64,000 nucleotides of DNA, taken from NCBI GenBank assembly GCA_030141605.1, contig JAQGDQ010000307.1, positions 218,425-282,424 on the forward strand, given 5' to 3'. Of this stretch, positions 25,977-38,961 are shown piece by piece. The position numbers and the translations under genes were made by a program. Under the pieces are notes generated by a model. The model did not search any database. It saw only the letters and a list, made by a program, of their open reading frames with translations, and was not told where the DNA came from. Origin of the DNA: Tubiluchus corallicola. Lineage: Eukaryota > Animalia > Priapulida. Position 1 is the stretch's first letter. The number at the start of each line of letters is the position of its first letter.

Positions 25977-28128
25977 CTACTGGACTAACAATGACCGCAT
26001 GATACCCATTGATGATCCTCGATACCCAGAGCCAAAATGATTCCTAAAACCAGAAATGGGATACTAAATATTTAAAAAATATTTGCATGGATTTTTTTAA
26101 ATTTTTTACTCATCCACTGAAGAACAAGAGATCAATTTTGACAATATCTCATACACTAATTTAGTTTGAAACAAATTAATCTGTAGACAGATAGAGATAG
26201 ACAAGAAAGCACTAAAAAATAAAAAAATGAAAGCCATACACAAACACATAAATATAATATGAATGAATAATAAAAAAACAAAAAACACACATGTTAAATT
26301 AAAGCCAGACAAAATTATAATTCTGTATATTTCAGTGGTTGCATACTGAAAGCACAACAATCCTATGAAAAAAATGAAGAAGCTCCACTACACTGTGATA
26401 TTAGAAGACAATAACCTACCAGTGATTAAGATAATGAAACAGCTGGTATAACTGCAGTCGTGAATCAAAACCAGATGCTTTTGGAATCAACATGTGGTAG
26501 CTCCTAAAACTTGCACTAGGAAACCCACCAAACATTGTAGCAATACCAAAGTCATATTCGTCATGACCGTAAAATGATGCCGGATCGAAGATTACTGCCA
26601 AAGAAAAAAATCATTTTGAATAAATTTTAAATAAAGATTATTGCAAAATAAATGATTTGCTTCATCTATAGATCATCACACTATACAACAAAGCTAAATA
26701 AAAAGCTCTTCAAATCAATTTAGCATTTCAGTCTTTCAAAAGAAGACTAAGTTAACCAAACTTCTTCACATGCTTATAAAAAAGTCACTTGCAGCAGAAA
26801 TAACCAACATTAATAAATTAATGATTGAAGGTATTTTCAGCAACTGCTTCTATTTTACACAACCTGGTTTTATTATTTGTCATCCTTCTAGTCTTAAAAA
26901 TATCCCTTCAAGGCCTACGTATTTATAGTACGTAATGATATATATATATATAGACACATACTGCTAAGTTCACATTACTTAAATTTGGAAGCAAGGGCAC
27001 AATCAATATCGGTGGATCAAAAGCAAATAATAATTCAAGTTAAGCTCAAATATTTATGGTAAAACGAATTTGTTGGTATACCCATTCACGTCAATTACAG
27101 GCTTTGCTATTGAGTGCTGGATTCCAGCTTGCGCAATGCCGAACAGGAAAAAATACAGCATTTCCTTTCAACTAAATACATACATACACACTCACTGTAA
27201 ATAAATGCAAGCAAAAAGATAAAGAAAAAAATGAAGAAAAATGACAACTACAACAGCAGTGATGACAACAAAAACAACTATATCATGTTTATAATGACTC
27301 TTTTGAACAATTGAAAAGCAAGCTGAAGCATTTACCAAGCAATCTCCAAACATGTCAGTTCTACAGCCTGACCACTAGCTAAATTTCACTCAAATATGAA
27401 ACTTTATATGTTCTACTCAACAATCAAAACTACTTATCACTCTATTTAGTATAAGTAAAAATGCAAGTGATATTATTCAATAATACCTGGTCCACTTTTT
27501 GTGGTAGATACATTTCCTCCCCACAAATCTCCGTGCACTAATGATGGTTTGATATCTAACCCTTCAAAAAACTTAGGAATTTTCCGTTGCAATTGCCCCC
27601 AAAGCTCTATTGCTTCTTTCTCATGCCTCTACATTTAAATGACAAATAATATTGTAAAATAATTTATTGTAGCTGCTTTGTGCATTTATATTGTATCTTT
27701 ATTTATTTCTATTTTATTTTTGTCCAAATTCCTACTCTTACAACTAATTGCATACAGGTTAATTATGAGAAAAAGAAAAACACGAAGCTGTGCTCACTAT
27801 AGGCCTGCAATTATTTAGCAAGCCTCAAATGTCTTAAACAGTACCGAAAATCAAACAGATATGTATGCAGTTTCCAGTACTGATATTTTTCTAGTATTTC
27901 CATTATTTTTTGCTGCTTTCCATCTGGAAGTTGTGAGTTCAATATCGTGGCCTGGCCGCACTAAAATTGGTACTTGTTGTTACCTTATCTGATGCACGGT
28001 ATTTCTGTGTGCATGGTAAAAGCTGGGAAACAGTAATCTCTGTTGTGTTGGTGTAGTGTGTTATTTACAGTCAGCAATAAAGCCTCATGAATTTAAAGAC
28101 AAATTTAAATAAAGGTTTTTATTGTTAA

Positions 28129-28195
<67 letters not shown>

Positions 28196-31100
28196 AAAAT
28201 TCATTTTCTTGTTGCTTGACGCAAATGTTAATTATTATCCTTACATCATGACTCATACCACAAAAGCCTGTAAACTTTTTACATTTAGTTTCATTTGAAA
28301 GCTGTAAAAGAGTAACATGACTTATTATGCTTTTATTGTAGTTTTTCCCATCAAAAATTTTTGGTGACTGTACAATACTGTACTAAACATACCTCTTCCT
28401 GTAACATTGTTATCTGCTGGTTGAGTTTTCTTGCATAAAAGGTCTGAAATAAAAGATTGTACTTAGCATGAAAGAATTACTTGTTGAAAGTGCAGAATAC
28501 TGTGCAAGTGAAATATACAGTGAAAAAAAAGTTTAAAGCATTTTCCAAGGACCTATTTTGCTATCATACATTTGATGAAACAGCAAGAATGTCACTTCTG
28601 CAAAGACAACATTAATGTAAGAGGATTTACAAACAAACTAGTAAGATAATTAAATTGATAGAACTCTTACATACTGGCCAATCGTCACACCATTCATTGT
28701 TTTGTGGCAAGTAACCACAACAGGTGGTCATATGGAAGCCAAATTTATCAACATATTGAGGCTCAGCAGAATGCTTATGAACAGAACTGGCTTCTTTCTT
28801 TTGCTTTTCACCTAACAATCGGTTATGTAGATGCATCCTATAAAGTAAAAAACATTCAAAGTTACTGCAATCAGGTAAATATGAGATATAATCAATTCAT
28901 CTTTCCAAAGTTAATATATACTGAATTTGCTTAAACATTCGTATCTTTTCAATGATAAATATTTTATACAAATACTTTTCATACAAATATCATGTATTAA
29001 AAACGAAAAGTCCAGTGCACAGATTTCCTGGACAAGAAGACATAGGATGAATGCAGGGAGCATTAATGCGGGAATTGCATTTTAACCATCAACAAATGTG
29101 TTAATGAAAATTAGGAAATATCTGTAATGCATGAAGCATGTGTGTATCTCAGAGGCCCGTATCCACTCAGCATCCTGTAGTGCTTCATTACAGCACTGAT
29201 TATTCTAGTTTGCACTTTAGTGTATTATATGCTATGGTAATAACATGAAAACTAGATGCCCTGATTTTCACATTTTCGTTCCTGTCTCGAGTCCTTGACT
29301 GCCCATAAGCAAGATTCATGACTTTACTTACTATAGTTTTAGATTTATTCTATGCTATTCGTTTTGGCTTTTGTCTCGGATCTGTATCTGTAATTTTAAA
29401 ATCCCAGGTGCATATGTACCCCACAATATCCAAATACTGATGAAACAAATTATGAATTTAATTCAAAACCATGGGAGGAGTTAAATGACAATCGAACATT
29501 TTTCAGATATCCAGATATCCAAATCCAGTCGCCAATTTAACTGAGACCACTACGCAGGTTTCGTGGCTTTTGCCTCTGCATTTAAGAGTTAGCGTGAATT
29601 AAAATTGAATGCCCTAATGTTCACATTCTGGCTCCTGTCTCAGGGCTTTAAACAATTCCAGCTTTTTAAACAACACCGTTGTCAGAACCCTACTCCAGTG
29701 TCTACCACCCTGCAATTTTTTTTCTAGTTACTATAGTTTTAAAGTTATTCAATGTTATGCACTTCGGCTCCAATCTCAGCCTTAAAGATTCCCAGCTTTT
29801 TGAAAGTCTTGGCACATATCTATCCCATGATAACTGAACACTTTTGAAAAAAAAAATAGAATTTAACTCGAAGCCTAGGAGTTGCACGGCAATCAAAAGA
29901 CTGACCAATGTCCAGCGCCCTTGGCATTTTTTTGGCTGAGGTACTGACTATACCACTTTCAAGGCCCCAATCCTGAGTGCCTATTCTGCAAGTTTCGTGA
30001 CTCTAGCCTTGTTAATATGTGAGTTAACATAGCGCCTAAGGAAACTGGATATAATGACGATATAATATAATGACGATGAAGGTCTCTTAGAGAGTGGCAA
30101 ACTCGCAAATAAAGCTATTCAAAATAGGATATCATGCAAGACTAGAAAGCAACATCATACTCATTCTACAGTAAGTTTATATTACAAATATATCCTTACT
30201 GTGCTAGCTGTTCTCCTAACTCTTTATCAAATCTTCCACCTCCACCCATGTCAAGGTATTCCATCACAAACACTGCACCACCAGTCTTGGGATTATCTAA
30301 CACCTATAAATAATGATATTATAGTTAATTTGCAGCACGACTGCTATTGGACAACTAATTGTCTTGTCACAAGTATGCCCTTGTTAATTTTAAATTTAAA
30401 ATAATTATAATGGGTGTTTAAAATAACAGAATACAGCTCATCTTTCAGCCATCTATTTATCCATCTACTAGATAAATGCTACACAAACTGATAAATCAAC
30501 TCAACTGTCCAATTCAATGAGAATGGACTCTGAATAAAGAATTTTAGACATGGAAAATCATTTTTCACCATTCACCTATATAAAATTTAAACAAAGCTGT
30601 GTAGTGGCATTGAGAGTATCTTGATTCACTGACTATAATTAACATACATACCACAAGAGGTTTAGGCACGGTAATAGTGTTTGTGTCATGTATAGCTTTT
30701 AAGCTAGCAAATTCTCCATCAAACATTCTTCTTGCCTAATTTAAAACATAGTTTTTGAAATCTTGTAAATTGCAAGTTACTTAGCACCATATCACTTAAA
30801 TAAATAAAACAGTATTTAATGCAATGAGTAATTTAAAAGTAATTTAGAAAAATCCCATTACAGCAGATTCAAACAAGAACATAGTGTTTGAGTTTCAGTT
30901 AGATAGCACCTTTTGCTGTTTTGTTTTACAGAGTTTCTACATATTACTTGCATACTACAAACATTTAGACTTTAAACAAGTAGTCACTAGTAGTACGTGA
31001 GCTATCAAATGTCCACGAAACACTAGCAGGAAATCAGATCTGAGTAGGAATGAGATTTTTAAAAAGCTCTTTTGTCTATAACATGCAATGAAAAATATAA

Positions 31101-31323
31101 TCAATGCAAAGTTGGCTAATACACTGGACTTAAATTTTATTCTTCAACAATAGGCATTGAAGCATTTAAGTTTACTTTTCACCTGTGATTTTTCATTAAC
31201 TTTCACAAACACCTTTCCATGATCAGTCATGTATCCTTGTCCAGAACTGATGCAGCCACCTCCACCTCTCCCAAACCTTTCAAATTTAACAGTTTCAAGT
31301 GCTGCCTTAATTTCACTTTCCAT
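25977..31323 (-). CDS. FN3KRP: Fructosamine-3-kinase / ketosamine-3-kinase (FN3KRP-like), 8 coding exons, 308 aa
   Basis: Exons 31323-31183, 30735-30652, 30303-30200, 28837-28675, 28443-28393, 27628-27487, 26594-26420, 26043-25977 (927 nt, all GT-AG). Motifs: [10 protein letters not shown]-loop, [63 protein letters not shown]. Invertebrate co-ortholog of FN3K and FN3KRP. Confidence 0.93.
28131..28194. repeat. (TTA)n microsatellite
   Basis: About 21 TTA units in FN3K intron 5. Confidence 0.97.
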
Positions 31324-31599
31324 TTTCTGCAAATGCAAAAAAATGCGTAAATCATTAGTTGTAGTTGTTAACAAAGAAAAGATTGATATTTGTCTCCTTC
31401 CAAGAAATTATCAACTCTAAAACAATAGCACAACGTATATACAAAACATTATCTGAAAACTGAGTCTTAAAGGTCCACTGACACCCTGGTAGACACTTGC
31501 TGTCAATATTCACTATTGACTAGCCTGACACAAAAAAGCGGCTTTATTTCTTTATAAACTTGCACGTATCGGTTTGGTTAGCATTGAAACATTTCAAAT

Positions 31600-32180
31600 T
31601 TAGGGCCGCACAGACATCTTGCGAAAAATGAAAAATCCGGGAAGAAAGCAGAAGTTACATTACGTTAGGAACGACACTGCGCATGTGCGACTCTCGCTGT
31701 ATTTACATGTTGGCAAAATCAAGCGATACGCCGGTAATAAAGAGACTGGGGTACCTTTTTTGCAATTTTGGCATTAAGCTCAAATAAAAGGTTTGTCCAC
31801 ACTTACTTGAATGCACTATATTTTATAGATGAAAAAATATTAATAACAAAGTACAACGTGTAAACGTTTTAGAATGACATCACTGGTATTTCGCTTTCTT
31901 GATCTGATCATTTTCTGATCACTTCCGTTTTATAAATGTCTTACTACCAAAGTATCTTTTGCTCGACGTCCCGTTCAGACAAAGCTTCTGACAAACTGTG
32001 ATCGCTTTTACGTTTTTCAGCATATAAAATTGTAAAAATAACAGCGGATTCATAGGTACGATCAAAGAGAAAACAACTAGACAATAAGGCACTAATGACA
32101 GGTGATTTTGTTTCCTGGGCTTTACCGACATTTTGAGCCTGTGCAGACCGGGTATACTGTCTGACTTAACACGAGGTTCA
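31600..32180. promoter_or_regulatory. Putative (possibly bidirectional) promoter between the divergent FN3K and ETFBKMT genes
   Basis: Locally CpG-richer, with NRF1-like TGCGCATGTGCG (31678-31689), ETS-like CACTTCCG (31920-31927) and a minus-strand donor GTAAGT at 31806-31801 that could end an FN3K 5'-UTR exon. Confidence 0.45.
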
Positions 32181-33079
32181 AAATTAATGGAAAATGGAAA
32201 ACTAGGAAGAAATGCCTTTCAGACAACAATTTTTTAACTCACTAAAATAGCGCTCCCTACATTTTTAGATACTTGGGAAAACCTTTGTGGCATTTTTTCG
32301 AATGAGCAAATGAGGTTTCAGAGAAAAAAGCTTTAAATATTTAAGTAAAAATATTCTCATAGTCTGATTGCTGATCGATGTGTATATAAGTTTGATGCAG
32401 TCGAGCACCTTCATTCTACGTGTAACTGCCCAAGCTTCATTTTTCACCATCATCAGGATAGATGGGCATTTCTTTTTGTGGCAAAAGGGAATGATGTTCC
32501 ATCCTCACTGCTGTTGCGTTTTGTGGTATTTTTATGTTGAAGTGCCGGCGGCGCGAGCCATCGTCTAATTTATTTTTAGCGTCAAAATATAATTATAACA
32601 TCATAATGGCATTTGACTCACATGTAATTCCAATTTTAGTAATTGCTGTAACTTTAATAACTGCAGCTGCACTCAACTCGCCTATAGGTTGTGATGCAAA
32701 TAGATTTACAGTGAAGATTAATGTTAGAGAGACATAACCCTCACTTTTTGATCTCTGAGTGTTTATATCTACAATGTCACATGTTTTCTGTTTAATATAA
32801 TTTGTTAACCTTATCAGAACTTCAGGTGCAGATAGTATATCGTGCATTACGTCACATATTGAATACAGTTGTAGTGTATGGCCTGTCTAAACTAAAATTA
32901 TCGCAAAAAATTGACATATCTGTTTTTAGCATTGTGCTAATTTTTTTATTCTATTTCTGCGGATATGTTTAATCAATTCATATACTTAATTATATACATA
33001 ATTCCCACACTCACAGATTTTAGCCGATTTGATAAATTCTAGCAGTGCCTTTATTAAAATTTAATACCTGCAAAAATCA

Positions 33080-33170
33080 CCTGCTGGGGGAGCTTACAGC
33101 ACCCGCCCCCAGACCCCCAGGAGCTTTTTCGTTGGGCCCACCCTTTTTCTGAAGCTTGTATCTGCCCCTG
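33080..33170. mobile_element. Terminal fragment of a hAT-like non-autonomous element
   Basis: GC-rich GGGGGAGCTTACAGCACCC..CCCAGACCCCC..GGGCCCC..TATCTGCCCCTG, matching the CAGGGGC terminus type. No partner end found. Confidence 0.5.
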
Positions 33171-34143
33171 GTGAGGATGACTGTCATTGCATTAGAATAA
33201 CTTTGTGCAATGGTAGCTTAGTAACATTGTCCTTACATTTCTCTTAAAAAACTTAACAATCTACAATTATGAATGACGAATCTCAGAATTACACAGTTTC
33301 AATTTTCAAAATCATGATTTTTGGTGATTTCGTGTGATGGCATGTTTTTAATTTCAAGAAAGTCGAAGTAGAGAAGTAATTTTAAAATGGCACTGGCAAT
33401 AGGTATACCAGACTATACCCTATAGCTGAATGAAATATCATTCGCTGAATATTAAACCACAAAACAGCAGTTTAAAATGTTTAATAAAGTCCACATTGAG
33501 ATATACAAGAAAGTGCAAAAGGAAAAATTGGTTATTTACATAGAAAAAGTAACAAGAATTGCTTAAATTTAACACAGTTATCAATATAAAGTTGATGCTG
33601 CTTTTTGCTCCAATCTCCATCACACAAGTAATTATTAGAAATTATATATGTGAAGCATTAGCTACAATTCATGCTGTGTTGATGATAACTTGTCTTTTAA
33701 TCTTTCTGGAAGCTTTAGGAATCTACATATTTAACATTCTTCCTTTACTTTGCATTGGTGATATTTTGTCACTTGTAAAATGGAATTATTTTGAGTTCTA
33801 CAACAACTGCTGAGTTGTCAGCTAGCAGAAAGGTGTCTACACTTAATGCTTTGTGGATTAGGTCCAGGGTTGTTGTTGTTCGTTCTTCCATTCGATGAAT
33901 CTATGCAGTACTGCGATTAGTTTGAGACAACATATGTCAATGTAAGGCAATGCTCCAATTATAGTAAGAATTCGTAAAGGAACCTTTTATTAAACTTACA
34001 CTTTGAATGTGAATTAGTTAGGCTAATTTGGGTATTAGTGTAGATGCTTTTGTTAAAACCTCTACAATATTTACAATTCTTCAAACCTTTAGGGGTTTTA
34101 CATTTATACTTTATGACCAGGTTGATTCCAGTATAGGTGCAAG

Positions 34144-35058
34144 CAGGGGCGTCCTGCACCAAAAAAAATTAGCGGGGCCCGACTGTATATAATGGCGGAA
34201 CTTAACTGTTTAAAAAACAAATAATTTTGAATTCCCACACAGTATTTTGCGTGCAAGAAAAACGATTTATTTATTCCCAACTGGCATTTAACTTAAAGCT
34301 ATAGCAACGGAAACTTAATTAAAATTAAAAATTAAATTAAAATTTAATTAAGTATTTATTAGCTGTCAGGAATCCAAAGATTCGGCGAAAAGACGACTAC
34401 CAAAACTTTGTTGTGTTCATTCGATTCGAGCTGTAGGATGCAGCCCTTTTATGCAGCAAACTCGTGGGAAAGAGTCGTTAAGGAGTAGCAAAGAGTCGGT
34501 AATGTCCAATCAGGAGGTGGCTCATCAATTTGTATCTCCCAAACCAACTCTCTGGTACTAGGCTAGCTTGACAAACTGACTCTCTGGTACTAGGCTAGCT
34601 CAACATGACTTCAATGTTTGCATTGTTTTTGCTCTATTATTTCACTTGTTCACTATTATAACACACTGCTGAACGAAGCTCGAGTGCTAACTGAGCCGTT
34701 TTGTTAACTAACAGTCTTTTGTGCAAAGACGCTAATGCTACTCAACGAGCTGCTTTGTTCCTGCCTGCCTCCTGAATAGATTACATGCAAACAAATTAAC
34801 TACACCCTGACTTTCAGGTAAATACATCTGGTCAGGCACGTATTAACAGTCAGAATAATTTAACTCGGCGACAAACTTTAATGATAAAAAATATTATTGG
34901 GCTACTGTACCGAAACGCTCATACTGTTCGCATTTATGGAGCGCTGGCCCGCTATTGCGTGTCAAAAAGTCGGAAATAAATTTGCTTACCGTTTGCCATT
35001 TTGACATTTTCTAAAAAATTGGGGGGGGGCCCCGGGCCCCTATAGCACGACGCCACTG
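34144..35058. mobile_element. Non-autonomous hAT-type DNA transposon
   Basis: Perfect 8-bp TSD GGTGCAAG (34136-34143 and 35059-35066). TIR CAGGGGCGTCCTGC versus CAGTGGCGTCGTGC; GGGCCCC subterminal motifs. Confidence 0.92.
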
Positions 35059-36129
35059 GGTGCAAGAGACAGGATATGACACAGACTTTTAGAATTCTAC
35101 ATGGTATTGACAAAATACACATGGATGACCATGTTACAAGATGTCAACAACAAGAATAACAGACAAGAGGTCATTCATACAAATTACTCAAACATCATAT
35201 CCAGGGCAGTTGGTCAAAATGCCAGCATGTGTTTTCCTTCAGTGTTGTCGATCCATAGAACAAGCTACGAGCAAATGAGGCAACAAACATTGAGCAATTT
35301 AGTGGACATCTTGACAAGCACTAGCAGCAGCATTCATCAATGCAATTCAATTTATTGCTCAAATACATATAATGTACATTGGCAAAACACAATACAGTAC
35401 ATACATGTCGAATAGTGCATACATATCAAGTTAATTCATAAAAGCTTTGTGCAAAAGGTTATTTTCAGTGTTAGTAATAATAATAATAAACATTTTAGTA
35501 TAATTTGCATTAACATAGATAAGTTAGTTACAGCACGCTGACACAAAACATCATCAAAATTCATAGATCTCATGTTACCCCAATGGGAACAAAATGTTCT
35601 GATGACATGACCTTCTTCAATCTGCGGTGGTGCCGCTATATCCAGAATTTCAGTTTAAGCTAGTTCAGTATAGTGGAGAGGTAAATACCCTCAGACCCTT
35701 GATTATGGACTAACCTCTGGTTCCGGAAAAACAGCTAATGCGAATACTCCATTTTTAATACTTACGCATTTAGTATGGTCTACAAACGTCTATTTTTCTT
35801 GCCTCAATAATCTGAAATCTAATGCTATTTATTCTACTTCTAGTAAGCACACGACCCATCCAGGAATCCCAGGCAGAAATGAAGCCTCTGGCGCCAACAA
35901 ACGAAATCTTTTCCATTCAGAAACCACAACTCAACGTAGGTGAAGATTGTGCATATTGCCAATTGTAAAAAAAACAAAATGTAGTTGCTAGCTGTTAGTA
36001 GCTAAGATAAATAAAGATGTTCAGTAACTTCAGCCAAATCTATCTTTAGGAGTAGAAGAACTTACGCTGTTAGCTGCAGATAGAAGTAGGTGGAATAGAA
36101 GTAGGTTGACCAATATATTCTGAAACTTC

Positions 36130-37142
36130 TGTATAATTCGTTAATTTTCCCTTATTTACAATATTCCATCTTAACATGGGGTACGGCTTTTGCATCAATT
36201 CAAAAATTAATACAGACACAACAAAACAAAATAGTAAAATTAATAACTTTTGCTCGCAAATATGATCATGCTACACCATCCTTCGTAAAATTACAAATTT
36301 TAAAAGTAAGAAATATTTACAATCTTTATGTATAAATTCAATGCTGGTTTATTACCCGAACTTTTTAGTGACTATTTCACTAATGTTTCTGATATACATT
36401 CCTACTCCACAAGAGCTGCTTCTAATGAACAGTATTTTGTGGAGAGATTTTTTACCCGACATGGTTTCAATAGCTTAAAATCACGAGGAGTTAAATTATG
36501 GAACTCGTTGCCAAAAGATACCTTTGAAGGTAGCTTATTTTCTGCTTCCAAAAAATACACAAAATTCTTACTAAATGAATATACCTGTAGTACATAACTT
36601 GTAAGACTAATAAGCAAGCTAGCAAGTTTTTTTTTTCTCTTTTTTCTCCTAATCTCCTAAGTAATTGTTGTTCTTTCTTATACTTACTTTTTCTCTTAAA
36701 TTTTTCTATATTACACTTTTTTGATTCTTATTTTATCTCTCCATACTCTCAGTTTTTTAACTTTACTCACTAACCTTGGTCAAATTCCCCTGTCAATAAG
36801 ACCCCTATTTGAAAATACTATATATAATAATCATAATTACTGATTAATTGTATTTTTTTTAGATTTAGGTATCATCTAACTTTATTATTTTTTGTTTTCA
36901 CTTATACTGTTTTCATTTATACTGTTTTTTATTATTATTTTTTCTTATTTGTTTTTGTTTTTGTTATCTGCAGCCTCACCATTTATTTTTTATATACTAA
37001 TTTAATTATAAGACAGGGCAGGAGACTAGATGACCCTATGGTCCTTCCCTGCCCTGCTCCACGATTATAATTACGTAATATTTAAAAAACTTTTTATGTC
37101 AAACAAATTGGAGAAAATAAATGTTCTATGTCTATGTCTATG
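36130..37142 (+). mobile_element. 5'-truncated CR1/L2-clade LINE (ORF2 C-terminus plus 3' UTR)
   Basis: Translates PYLQYSILTWG..QNKIVKLI..HATPSFVKLQILKV, then after a frameshift MYKF..LLPELFSDYF..IHSYSTR..RGVKLWNSLP. T-rich 3' UTR, a GC stem-loop at 37014-37056, AATAAA and a (TGTCTA)n tail. Confidence 0.85.
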
Positions 37143-38961
37143 AATACTCTGATAAATGTTGATACCTCAATGCCTACAATAGGTGGAATGAAACTTTAAA
37201 GAAACTAGCTGCAGGATTGTCCGGAAAAAGTATACATTTTAACACATAATAATACTAAAAACTTTCTGATAATTAACCTTGATGACATCACAACTGAACA
37301 AAATTTTCAACAGCACAGACATTCCACGGCTGTGGTGCATTTTTTTTGCAAAAGTGAAATGAAATACATTCGTAATGTACTACAACATTCAGATATACAA
37401 AAAAAACTCGACAGATTCTAAGTTCTGTGTGTGGTAATAATTCTTTCGCCTAAGTCATTCTTAAAAAAATAGTGCCAATAGTTTCAATATCTTACAGTGT
37501 AAATTGTAAGATATAGTTTTGGATTGAGTTCGGTTTTCCTCTAAACACAGTGTGATGAAACCCAGTGAAATACTTGGGCAGCCCATATACTGCACTTATT
37601 TTCCAGAGAGTTGGCGTTTGCACACTACGCAATAGTGCAAATGCAGTATGGGAGCTAGTGCACCAAACAGTACAAAAAATTAGTTACAGAAATAGCAAAA
37701 ACTGTGACACATAAACAGTGTGAACCCAAAGTTTTTTGAGAGCACCAAAACAATGCATTACCGTCAATGTATTCAGCCATCAAAGAAATGGACTGAGATA
37801 CATTACTAAAATTGATTTTATGCAAAGACCCCAATAAAAAGTCACGAATTTAGTATTAATTCCGAAGAGTAGGAGAGTAGCTAAAGTAGGATTGGATACA
37901 GCTTGATGCCTATCTTGGGCAATTGAGCAATATTACTATAACAGCATGAACTAGGTATTGTTATAATACATCAATTTTTGTAAATGGGTTAGAGTAAAAT
38001 TTCCTAACTAGTGACTTAAATTCATAACTAAGTTAAAATCTATCATAATCACTGAGGCTATCCTGAGGCTCATCACATCATGAATTCATGTTCTTAGACA
38101 TCAAATTATAGAAATTATAGTTATCATTTATGCTGCACATGCGCGAAAAGATTTTGTACAATTTGGTGATATTGTAAAGCTTTTAGAAAAAAATTGACAT
38201 TAATTTTTACTAAAGTGTTTATCGACAAAGCTTAAAATAAATTGAAATTTAGTCCCATTTATTTACAAACGCAGTCCATAATCACCAAGTGTTTTCAGTT
38301 ACAGAACCTTGAAACTAAAAAAGCAGTCTGACAATATGGTAGATCTTATAGCAAGCAAGTAAGGTCAAAGTAATATTCTCCTGCCCTAATTAAATACAAA
38401 GCATGAAGTAAAATATTTATTTTTCTTCCAAGTCTGTGCATAAGAAATCACAGTGTCTTTTTACCGCTCTATCTAGATCATGAGCATTGCCTACTTTGGG
38501 CAAACTATAGACTGAATTCACCTATAACTAGCGCTCTGATATACAATATTTTAAAATCAGCTATATTCAATAAAAAAAAATCAGGTTAAATATTTGCTGA
38601 ATTTGCATGGACAGAGAGACTACCATGGTTGGCAAATGCAATTAAGCCAAAGTTGTAGAAGTTAACTTTGCGTGAGTGCATGTAATGCTGTGCTGCTAGC
38701 TATCATCATCAGATGGCAGAGTTGCTTAATTTTGCTACTGATTAGGGAATATCGTTAAATGTAATAAAGGATGATACCTTTTTACTGAAGACTACTACCT
38801 TCGTTTTATTAAAAATTACTTTAGTTTGAAAGAACATGATGCCCGCATTTTATCTTGTAGCACCTATTAATTGTGATATGTTTTTGTTGTGATATTGCAG
38901 ATCTTGGCATTTGTAGAGGCACTATGACCAAGTCTTGTTCCTCAATATAAACTTGGTGAAG

